NCBI GenBank assembly: GCA_030916945.1
Contig: JAUPVS010000003.1
Location: forward strand, 6,536-70,535
Reading direction: 5' to 3'
Length of the DNA: 64,000 bases
Source of the DNA: Patescibacteria group bacterium
Lineage (GTDB): Bacteria > Patescibacteriota > Saccharimonadia > Saccharimonadales > JAUPVS01
Shown: in pieces, positions 56,279-64,000 of the stretch
How positions within the stretch are numbered: the stretch's first letter is position 1
Layout of the letters: the number at the start of each line of letters is the position of its first letter
The notes under the pieces: model-generated
Seen by the model: only the letters and a program-made list of their open reading frames with translations
What the model was told of the DNA's origin: nothing
Database searches by the model: none
Translations under genes and position numbers: made by a program

Positions 56279-59200
56279 CTAGAAACCAAACACTTTCTTG
56301 AGGGTATTAAGTATGATCGTCAAAACGCTGTCCGAGGCCCGGCCAACAATGGCCGACTGAATTTCGCCGGTTCCTGAGTTGCCAGAACGGTCTTTGGACA
56401 CCGGCTGCATACTGTAAACGCGTGAGGTTGGCAGGTCGGATACAATTACGACGTGCTCGGTACTCAGAGCCGAATCTTCGGCCGTCTTGCTGTTAAACAC
56501 GGTGACACCAGCGCCGTCAGCAAAGGCAACCTGGCTGGTCGATGGCTCGTCGGTTCGCCACGACACTACCACTTGGCCGCGAGCTTCGGCGCCAACCCCA
56601 CGGATGGCTGGTTCAATGCTAATATTGCTGATCTTGGGCGGACGAGTATCAAGCGCGGTTCTAAAGGTTTGACGGTCTGACACCGCCAAGTTACCGTCTT
56701 TGTCGCGCGACTGAGCAATTAGGGTGTACTCGCTGTCATCTTCTAGAGCCCTGATCACAATTTCGTGCGACGTAACCTGTTCCGACAACTGAGCGTCAGT
56801 GGTACCACCGCCAACTTTTCCGTATGTAATTAAGGTAGAGGACGGCACGTTGGTATCCCAGGTTATCTTTTGGGTACTGGTCGGTTCGCCGCTAACTGGC
56901 TGGAAGCGCAGATTATTAATCCGCGGGCGAGGTGGGGTAGTAAAGGCAGCTACGCTACCATCGTAGGAGTTGCCTTCGCTGTCCGACGATACCAATTTAT
57001 AGAAGTACTTGCTACCATCGTCCAAGCCCTCGAGCGATACATTATAGACCGACTCACTGAGCGATGTATTAACTGTTTTAAGACCACCGTAACCTTCGTT
57101 CTTGCCGTAATAAACAGCTACCTTGGTAGCGTCCTTAGAAGTAAATTGAATGGTGGCATCGGTTAAACCAACGCGCACGGCTGACACCTCTTTAAGACTT
57201 GGCGCCGGGGAGGTTGTAAAGGTATATTCTTGGCTGGTTCCAGTGTTACCGTCTTCGTCGGTCCACTTAGCCACAAAGTAGTAGGTGGTTCCAGCACTAA
57301 GATTGTCCAGCTCAATGGTGTGGGCGCTAACCTGGGTCGAGTTACCCACTTCCGAAGAAGCGTACTGACCACTGGCCGTACCAATCGCCACCTTGGAGTC
57401 ACTAGCCCGGTCGGTACTCCAACTTATCTTAGCTTTTTTGGTAGTCACGTTGCTAACAGTTGGCTCGGCCACAATCACGGCTGGCGTCGTGAACTTACCA
57501 GTAGGAATCTGGTCGACGTTGCTACTAACCGAACCGCAATTATTAGTGCTGTCACAAGCCTTTACATGGTAGTAGTAGCGTTGCGCCGATAAGCCGGCAT
57601 CGATGTAGGTCGTGCTAGTACTACTACCAACAAAGCTAAAGGTGACATTGTTGGTCGAGCGGTAAACCTTGTAGCTGGCAATTCCAGCACCAGTGTAAGA
57701 CGGCGCGTCCCAGGTTAGCGCTAAGCGCCAGTTACTGGTGGACTTGATTGAAACATCTACGATATCAACGTTCAACGGTATGCCCGGCGACGGCGTATTA
57801 GTCGTAAAGTCGGTTTGGGCGTAGTTAGAGTAGTTAATGTTACCAGACTCGTCCTTGGCCACTAGGTACATCGTGTTCAGGCCGGGCTGCGTACCATAAG
57901 CACCGGTTCCCAGGCTAAGCGCCCCGGCGTTGGTATAAGAGCAGGTGACATCGCTTGGCAGGGTATTAAAGGTGTAGCAGTAAGTCAGGTTGTTGGCGTC
58001 GCCAATAAAGGTATTGGGCGCGAACCAGCTAAACGAGAAGGCGTTGACGGTATTGGTAGAAGGGCTAGGCGCCAAACCTTGCGGTGCGCTGGGTGCCCCC
58101 GAGGTATTAACTTTTAGAGCGGCCGTGACATAACTAGTTGTCACGTTGCCGGCCTGGTCCCAGGTTCGAAACGATACCGTATTGACACCCTCGGCGATGT
58201 TGGCAAAATCGGGCGTGTTTTGGGTGGTATAGCTACCGTCGTTCGCTAGCAAGTCGCTGGAGTCGCCAGTACCACTATGGCTGTCACCGTACCAGGTAGT
58301 ATTACCAATCTTATACTGCAAGCCAGCAATACCACTGTTACTATCGGCCGGCGCGGCAACGCCGCTGGTCGGCCAAGTCAGGCTAGCTGTTTTGGTATTA
58401 ATAAAGCCCGACGGCGCCGTCACATAGCCCGGGTTAGCTGGAGCGGTGTTGTCAAAACGGAAGTAGAACTGGGCACCAGTGTCGGCCACGTTGCCAGCGT
58501 TATCAATTGCCTTAACCGTTAGGTAATAGGCCGAATCACTAGTCGTCAGGGCAGTGCCCAAGTAACTGGCTGTAGCCGTGTCGATGTTTGTTCCAGCAAC
58601 AATAAACTGACAGTTATTACCAGTAGCGACCGGGCTGGTTCCCAATAATCCCTTAGTCGTTACCGGGTCGGCCGTGTTGTCGGTTCCCAAATACAAACAG
58701 TAGCCCTTAATGCCAGAATCAGCATCTGTGCCGGCCGTCCAGCTAAAGTAGGGCGAGGAGCCGTTGGTCCAAGCATTCTGCGCCAGTGACGAGCCACCGG
58801 CGGCTTTAAGAGCCGTCACATTACTGGCGTTAACCGACGGGTCAACACTATCCGAGGTTGACGCCAGGGCCACACCGTCCAGCGTCACTTGCTGAGTGCC
58901 ATCGCCGGTCATAACCGCCTGCCAGGTAATACCACCAAAGGTGACGGGGAATTCATCGATATTGGCGTCGATTGTGGCAATAGCATTAGACATTGACGTA
59001 TCGGTCGACTCTACCCAGGCGCTGCCATTCCAGTGTCGCCAGCTCGAACCACCGTCGTTGGACAGCCGATAGGCAATGGTGCCGCCATTGGCTGTTTCGT
59101 TACTAGTCATATTGTCATAACTTTTAACCCCGGCAGTTCTGACCGCCGATGCCAAAGTTACAGTTTGAGCACTAGCACTATACGGTTTGGTCGTAAGAGT

Positions 59201-62200
59201 CGACCGATAATTATTACTGACGCGAACCTCATCTAAGCGGGCGTCAATGTAGCCAGCGTCTTTAGAAGCGCCGCCACTACCATAGCCACTACCAATGTAG
59301 AGTTTGCTGGTACTGTCGGGCATACTCAAGGTCTTGGTCGCCGAACCGGTAACCGTACCATCAACCACAATCTCCATGGTCGTGCCGTTGTAGCGACCAG
59401 CCACATGATGCCAGTTGGTATCTTGGGTGGTAGCCGAGGCTTGTACAAAACCGTTGTCGCCATAAGACCAAACCATGGCGTCGGTGTTGGCGGTATCACC
59501 CATACCGGCGTAGAGTTTGCCCTGGAAAACTGTCATGGTACCAACGTTTTCAATAATGTTGTTAGTCCAACCAACACCATCACCACCAATTGCCGTCCAA
59601 GTCGTACCGTTGTACTTATAAATCTCACCGTCACCCGTGCTTAGGCCAAGCGAAGCGTAAAGATCGCCGTTATAGACCACCATGCTACGGACTCGTTCGT
59701 AGCCAACGCTTTCTAACCAACCCAAGTTATCGGTCGGCGGGTCAGAACTATCACCACCGATCTTGGTCCAAGACGGCGTCGCATCGCAGGTAGTACATTG
59801 CCAGACTTCGGCATCACTGTTACCAACACCGGCACCGGTTAAGCCAAGTCCGGCCACCAGTTTGTCGTTGTAGACGGCTAGGGAAGCGACTTCTTCATAG
59901 CTGGTGTTCCAACTCGAGTACAAGCCACTACCACCAACTTGTGTCCAAGCTGTGCCGCTGCCGCTGTAGCGATACACCCGGCCTTGGTTGGCGCCGTGTC
60001 CAATACCGGCGTACAGCGTTCCTTTATAAGTAACCAGCGCACCAACGCGAGTGTGCGCCGTGCCCCAGTTGCCAGAAGCGGTGCCACCAATTTGCGTCCA
60101 AGTCGGCGTGCCATCACAGCTGGTACATTCATAGACCCGGGCGTCGCCACCGGCGCTATTGCCAATACCGGCGTAAAGCTTACCGTTGGCAACAGCCAAT
60201 GATTCTACCGTCTCTATGGTAGTGTTCCAGCTCGAACCGGTGCCATCGCCACCAACTTTGGTCCAGGCCGAACCATCGTAACGCCAAACCTCCGAATCGT
60301 TGGTATTGGAGCCAATCCCAACGTAAAGTTTATTCTTATAATTAACCATCGACAGAACTGCCTCGTAGGTATCGGCCGCCCAACCACTATTGATACCTTG
60401 GCCGCCGATCATCGTCCAAACGCTGGTGGCTGGGTCGTATTCCCAAACCGTAGCATTACCGGCGGTGGTATTACCGGTACCAGCGTACAGCTTGCCGCCA
60501 ACCGTAGTCGTAGACTCGACGCTCTGAAAACCAGCTTGACCCCAGCTCTTGTTACGGTACTGACCACCAATTCGGGCACCGCCCCAGGCCGGACTAGTGT
60601 CGCAACTGGTGCAACGCCAAACATGTCCAAGCGTGGCGTTCGACAGCCCAGCGTACAGCGTCGTGCCATCGACTAGCAAGGACTGGACCTGGGTGTGAGT
60701 AGAGTTCCAGCCACTGTTCACGCCATCACCACCAACCTTGGTCCAGGTTGGACTGGTTGAGCAACTAGTACAACGCCAGACTTCATCTTCGTTGGTAGTA
60801 TTGCCTAAGCCAACATAAACCGTCGTGCCATTGGCCACAATATCCCATACTTGGTCGTGGGTGGTACCCCAGTAGGTAACGGTGCTTTCGGCAATCTTGG
60901 TCCAGCCAGCCGTGGCCGTACAAGACGAACTAATATCGCAGCGCCAAACTTGAGCATCGGTCGCGCTGTTTCCAGTTCCGACATATAAGAAGTTACCACT
61001 GGCCGCTAAACCTGTAACGTACTCAAAGGCCGACGCCCAGCTCTGGCCGCCACTGCCGCTGCCGTCGCCACCGCGCTTGGTCCAAACTGGCGTGCCACTG
61101 GCACAGTTGGTAGTACATTGCCAGACTTCGCCATCGCCAGCCGTTAAGCCCAAGCCCACCACTGGGTTGCCGCCAATTAGGGTCATGCTAGAAACAGTTT
61201 CGTAAGTAGTGTTTGCCCAGCTACTATTTACACCATCGCCGCCAATGCGGGCACTACCCCAGTCGGGGGCCGTGTCACAGCTGGTACAGCGCCAGACCTC
61301 AGCCTCGCCGGCGGCGTTCAAGCCTAAACCAACCCATACTGTACTACCGCTAACAGCCATCGAGGCAACCGCCTCGTAACCGCCGGCCGCCGACCAACTA
61401 TTATTTACACTATCACCACCAATCTTGGTCCAGCTAGTGCCATTGAAACGCCACACCTCGGAGTCGGCCCCCGAGTTTTTACCTAAACCAGCATATAGGT
61501 AGGTCGTGCCGTCGGTAGCCATAGACGCCACCGACTCAAAAGCATTGGCTGTTACCTGGTTGGTCCAACTGCCATTAATGCCATCACCAGCGACTTGCTC
61601 CCAGGTACCACCACTGGTGTCATAGCGCCAGATTTCGGCATCGTTACTACTACCACCTAAGGCGGCGTAGACATATGAACCAAGTTTAACCTGCTTGGTA
61701 ACGTTTTGTTTGCCGTTAGTATCCCAGCTACGCTTAATCTTGGCGCCGTTGGCGTTTAATAAATCACCACCGGCTTGCTGGGTCCAGTTCATGCCGCCTG
61801 AGTTTTCTAATTCGTAGGTAACCTTACCAGTTTCGTTATCGTAGTAAAGCTGATACTTACCCTTGTCAATAACGCCCTGCTTATAGGGGTGGCTACCAGC
61901 ACTAAAGGCATTATTAAACTTAACCCAGCCCTCGACGGTATGACTTCCGGTTAGCGACAGCGAGGCCGAGTCGTCGGCGCTGGCATTCTGACTGGAACCG
62001 TTCAGCGCCAGCCCATTATTTAAGTTACCAGTGACAAAACTAGGCGTTCCACTGGTCGTACCGTTGTTACTATTACTACTAGAATCGGTCGCCGTCGTGC
62101 CGCTAGATGAGTCAAGGTGATACAGAGCGGCCGTATTGCCATCATTATCATAATTCTGGGCTTTTAAGCGGGCACTGCTGCCACTGGTCTCGACACCACT

Positions 62201-62683
62201 ACTTAAGTTATATGGAGCAGCGCTAGAAAAGTTCCAAGTATCGTTTAAGTCAGACAGGGCATAGGCTTTTTGGTAAACCCTAAACACTAAAAAGCCAACA
62301 AACAAAATGTAAATCGCTATCAGCGCATAGTGGACTTGTGGATGCTTTTCGTAGTTATGCCAGCGATCGTACCAGGCCACTTTTCGTCTTAAGTGTTCAT
62401 GTGGACGAACTGCCACATGGTGATGGACGACTTTGCTGCCGCGGCGCACGCCCACCGCTGTTACAACGGCGATTTTTTTGGAATGACGACCGGCCGTCGC
62501 GACACCCTTTTTGGCGTGATGAGCCGTTGTCTTGGCTGACCTGACAGCTACTGGCTTGACTACTCGATGTGTGTTTTTAAGGGCTTTTACAGATGAGTTC
62601 TTGGCTACGCGTAACCCAGAACCGGCTTTTTTGGTTGCTTTTTTGACAAAAAGCAAGCTAGCTGTCTGCTTGTTTTTCCCCAT
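56279..62683 (-). CDS. giant membrane-anchored surface protein (2134 aa): basic cytoplasmic tail, one TM, a split LamG-type domain enclosing a 14-blade repeat array, then Ig-like and FN3-like arrays
   Basis: The start is set at ATG 62683 (MGKNKQ). The TM is ALIAIYILFVGFLVFRVY. The Laminin_G_3-type halves are GNLNNGLALNGS...HTVEGWVKFN and TNWHHVAGRYNGTTMEIVVDG...LYIGS...IDARLDEVRVSN. The repeats and C-terminal modules are listed as separate features. Confidence 0.85.
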   Translation of the reverse strand: MGKNKQTASLLFVKKATKKAGSGLRVAKNSSVKALKNTHRVVKPVAVRSAKTTAHHAKKGVATAGRHSKKIAVVTAVGVRRGSKVVHHHVAVRPHEHLRRKVAWYDRWHNYEKHPQVHYALIAIYILFVGFLVFRVYQKAYALSDLNDTWNFSSAAPYNLSSGVETSGSSARLKAQNYDNDGNTAALYHLDSSSGTTATDSSSNSNNGTTSGTPSFVTGNLNNGLALNGSSQNASADDSASLSLTGSHTVEGWVKFNNAFSAGSHPYKQGVIDKGKYQLYYDNETGKVTYELENSGGMNWTQQAGGDLLNANGAKIKRSWDTNGKQNVTKQVKLGSYVYAALGGSSNDAEIWRYDTSGGTWEQVAGDGINGSWTNQVTANAFESVASMATDGTTYLYAGLGKNSGADSEVWRFNGTSWTKIGGDSVNNSWSAAGGYEAVASMAVSGSTVWVGLGLNAAGEAEVWRCTSCDTAPDWGSARIGGDGVNSSWANTTYETVSSMTLIGGNPVVGLGLTAGDGEVWQCTTNCASGTPVWTKRGGDGSGSGGQSWASAFEYVTGLAASGNFLYVGTGNSATDAQVWRCDISSSCTATAGWTKIAESTVTYWGTTHDQVWDIVANGTTVYVGLGNTTNEDEVWRCTSCSTSPTWTKVGGDGVNSGWNSTHTQVQSLLVDGTTLYAGLSNATLGHVWRCTSCDTSPAWGGARIGGQYRNKSWGQAGFQSVESTTTVGGKLYAGTGNTTAGNATVWEYDPATSVWTMIGGQGINSGWAADTYEAVLSMVNYKNKLYVGIGSNTNDSEVWRYDGSAWTKVGGDGTGSSWNTTIETVESLAVANGKLYAGIGNSAGGDARVYECTSCDGTPTWTQIGGTASGNWGTAHTRVGALVTYKGTLYAGIGHGANQGRVYRYSGSGTAWTQVGGSGLYSSWNTSYEEVASLAVYNDKLVAGLGLTGAGVGNSDAEVWQCTTCDATPSWTKIGGDSSDPPTDNLGWLESVGYERVRSMVVYNGDLYASLGLSTGDGEIYKYNGTTWTAIGGDGVGWTNNIIENVGTMTVFQGKLYAGMGDTANTDAMVWSYGDNGFVQASATTQDTNWHHVAGRYNGTTMEIVVDGTVTGSATKTLSMPDSTSKLYIGSGYGSGGASKDAGYIDARLDEVRVSNNYRSTLTTKPYSASAQTVTLASAVRTAGVKSYDNMTSNETANGGTIAYRLSNDGGSSWRHWNGSAWVESTDTSMSNAIATIDANIDEFPVTFGGITWQAVMTGDGTQQVTLDGVALASTSDSVDPSVNASNVTALKAAGGSSLAQNAWTNGSSPYFSWTAGTDADSGIKGYCLYLGTDNTADPVTTKGLLGTSPVATGNNCQFIVAGTNIDTATASYLGTALTTSDSAYYLTVKAIDNAGNVADTGAQFYFRFDNTAPANPGYVTAPSGFINTKTASLTWPTSGVAAPADSNSGIAGLQYKIGNTTWYGDSHSGTGDSSDLLANDGSYTTQNTPDFANIAEGVNTVSFRTWDQAGNVTTSYVTAALKVNTSGAPSAPQGLAPSPSTNTVNAFSFSWFAPNTFIGDANNLTYCYTFNTLPSDVTCSYTNAGALSLGTGAYGTQPGLNTMYLVAKDESGNINYSNYAQTDFTTNTPSPGIPLNVDIVDVSIKSTSNWRLALTWDAPSYTGAGIASYKVYRSTNNVTFSFVGSSTSTTYIDAGLSAQRYYYHVKACDSTNNCGSVSSNVDQIPTGKFTTPAVIVAEPTVSNVTTKKAKISWSTDRASDSKVAIGTASGQYASSEVGNSTQVSAHTIELDNLSAGTTYYFVAKWTDEDGNTGTSQEYTFTTSPAPSLKEVSAVRVGLTDATIQFTSKDATKVAVYYGKNEGYGGLKTVNTSLSESVYNVSLEGLDDGSKYFYKLVSSDSEGNSYDGSVAAFTTPPRPRINNLRFQPVSGEPTSTQKITWDTNVPSSTLITYGKVGGGTTDAQLSEQVTSHEIVIRALEDDSEYTLIAQSRDKDGNLAVSDRQTFRTALDTRPPKISNISIEPAIRGVGAEARGQVVVSWRTDEPSTSQVAFADGAGVTVFNSKTAEDSALSTEHVVIVSDLPTSRVYSMQPVSKDRSGNSGTGEIQSAIVGRASDSVLTIILNTLKKVFGF
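56357..57769 (-). repeat. tandem FN3-like modules of about 95 aa at the C-terminus of the giant protein
   Basis: The recurring pattern is x(I/V)xW(x)TDxxSxSxVxYG...T(H)x(I/V)xLxxLxxxTxYY(F)...D..GN...S....F(T/R)T. At least four copies were seen (KISWSTDRASDSKVAIG, IQFTSKDATKVAVYYG, ITWDTNVPSSTLITYG, VVSWRTDEPSTSQVAFA), preceded by a classic FN3 (ALTWDAPSYTGAGIASYKVYRS). Confidence 0.65.
59456..61795 (-). repeat. 14 tandem protein-level repeats of about 45-65 aa (propeller-blade-like) inside the giant gene
   Basis: Consensus: W(T)x(I/V)GGDG(V/I)NxSW...(V/A)xS(L/M)...G.LYAG(L/I)G......(A/S)EVW(R/Q)(Y/C). It is seen 14 times between ORF-track residues about 313 and 1092. Confidence 0.75.
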
Positions 62684-62841
62684 AATGTTACCTTGTTTAA
62701 TATAGCATAAAAGCAATGAATTTGAATACATTTTTTACACAGTTGCAAGACGATTCAATTTTGCAAATTTTACAATTCTGTTGTCAAATTAACTTTACCT
62801 AGCCCCGCCTGGCAGGCTATACTTAGGTCAAAGGGGGATCT

Positions 62842-63234
62842 ATGACAGAAAAAGATAATTCAGTTCCAGTACCAACTTACTTAACCATCGGGAAGGTAAT
62901 CTCTTACGCCCTGTATGCCTGGGTGATTTTTGGCATCATCGTGCTTGGTTTGCGGGTTTTCTTGTTGGCGTTCTCGGCCAACAGCACAACGCCGTTTGTG
63001 GAGTTTATCTATAATACTTCGGCCAGCTTCTTACAGCCTTTCCGGGGAATCTTTCCACCTAAGCCCATCGGCCAAACTGGCTACCTGGATGTCGCTGCCT
63101 TGTTTGCGATGATTATATACAGTCTACTGGCCTGGGGCTTCTCGGCACTGATCGAGTACATCAAATACAAGATTAACAAGTTCAAACTAGCCAACGAACC
63201 TACCAAACCAGTCAGGAGCCGTAATGCCAACTAA
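62842..63234 (+). CDS. YggT-family-like membrane protein
   Basis: 130 aa. LQPFRGIFPPKPIGQTGYLDVAALFAMIIY resembles the YggT signature. AAAGGGGGA lies upstream. Confidence 0.55.
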   Translation: MTEKDNSVPVPTYLTIGKVISYALYAWVIFGIIVLGLRVFLLAFSANSTTPFVEFIYNTSASFLQPFRGIFPPKPIGQTGYLDVAALFAMIIYSLLAWGFSALIEYIKYKINKFKLANEPTKPVRSRNAN

Positions 63235-63448
63235 TTTCAGCGCCACCATCTTAGGCCAAAGTACCGCTAGCTTTATGCTGGTTTTAGGAATCGTCATTTG
63301 GATATTCATCGCCTTGTGGCCAGCTCGCGTGGCCTACCGCAAAGGTCACAGCTTCTTACTATTCTTTGTCTTTAGCTTGTTCTTCTTTCCGGCGGCCGTT
63401 ATTACCGCCTACGTCGTAAAAGACCGGTCGCACCCAGTCGAAGACTAA
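63224..63448 (+). CDS. small membrane protein (74 aa, two TM)
   Basis: It overlaps the upstream gene by 11 nt. Two hydrophobic helices flank RVAYRKGHS. Confidence 0.45.
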   Translation: MPTNFSATILGQSTASFMLVLGIVIWIFIALWPARVAYRKGHSFLLFFVFSLFFFPAAVITAYVVKDRSHPVED

Positions 63449-63453
63449 ACAGC

Positions 63454-63996
63454 ATGACTGTGGCTATCGCATATGGCTGGTCAGAAGGTCCGTGGCATGG
63501 CAAAAAATTACGCCAGGCCTTGCGGCAAGCTGGCTATACCACGACCAAGAATCTCGCCCAAGCTGACTTAATAATTGCCCACTCCGGTGGCTGTTTTATG
63601 GTTCCCGACGATGTTGACGCCCAACTAATTATGCTGGTAGGCGTACCATACTGGCCCAGTCGCCATCCACTTAAAAGTCTTATCCATAAGGTATCCAAAG
63701 AAAGGAAGGACTGGCGCTGGTTTAAAAAAACCTCGTTTAACACTTTCTACCAACTGGCTCACACTTGGCGCTGGGTGCAAATGTACAAGGCATGGAAGCG
63801 CCTAAAATTGCCCCTGAGCAGTAGTGCTAGTGTGGTGGCCATTCGCAATAGTCATGATGTTTTTTCACACCCTCAAGCTTTAAACGACCTGGCCAACCAG
63901 CATGGCTGGGAACTGATTGGCTTTGACGGTACCCACGATGACATCTGGCTAAATCCTCAGCCCTATGTAAACTTTCTGCTAAACTTACAATTATGA
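63454..63996 (+). CDS. small serine-hydrolase-like protein (RBBP9/YdeN-like alpha/beta fold)
   Basis: 180 aa. LIIAHSGGC resembles the HSxG nucleophile region of the YdeN family, and there is a late GTHDD. The assignment is weak. Confidence 0.45.
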   Translation: MTVAIAYGWSEGPWHGKKLRQALRQAGYTTTKNLAQADLIIAHSGGCFMVPDDVDAQLIMLVGVPYWPSRHPLKSLIHKVSKERKDWRWFKKTSFNTFYQLAHTWRWVQMYKAWKRLKLPLSSSASVVAIRNSHDVFSHPQALNDLANQHGWELIGFDGTHDDIWLNPQPYVNFLLNLQL

Positions 63997-64000
63997 AGAA

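Overview
This is a gene-dense 64-kb bacterial window with about 85 genes. Spacers are very short and many gene junctions overlap (ATGA, TGATG, TAATG). It carries a Gram-positive-type envelope toolkit (sortase, LPATG substrate, no outer-membrane genes) and many small orphan ORFs. The content fits a small-genome Patescibacteria/CPR (Saccharibacteria-like) organism, but that assignment is inference only.

Layout:
- 1-20.6 kb, core genes: a UvrD-type helicase-nuclease, an aquaporin, and an F1Fo ATP synthase operon. atpC is detached from that operon by a signalling-gene insert, and an extra 94-codon ORF sits between atpA and atpG. This block also holds an NrdH-like redoxin, a corrinoid adenosyltransferase, a secreted nuclease, GT2 and GH genes, smpB and tRNA-Asn.
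- 20.6-48.9 kb, an accessory-looking stretch that starts at a degenerate tRNA-Asn-derived copy. It holds an ArsR-MFS-FMN reductase operon, a PD40 propeller protein with a sortase, VanX-like, DUF218 and nucleotidyltransferase genes, and runs of orphan ORFs. It also holds a flavoprotein gene broken by one in-frame TGA, an actinophage-tail-fibre-like gene coupled to an esterase, a GreA-like/kinase/CYTH/Orn cluster, and an LPATG surface protein.
- 48.9-64 kb, envelope block: an OmpR-type two-component system, a P2-type ATPase, and an 8.4-kb operon. That operon encodes a 2134-aa membrane-anchored protein plus a MacB-type ABC transporter. In the giant protein, a 14-blade repeat array is nested inside a split LamG-type domain.

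A recurring signal is a TAnnnT -10 box 5-9 nt upstream of start codons with no Shine-Dalgarno, which suggests widespread leaderless mRNAs. No rRNA, CRISPR array, integrase or transposase was seen. All calls rest on reading motifs by eye; no database search was run.
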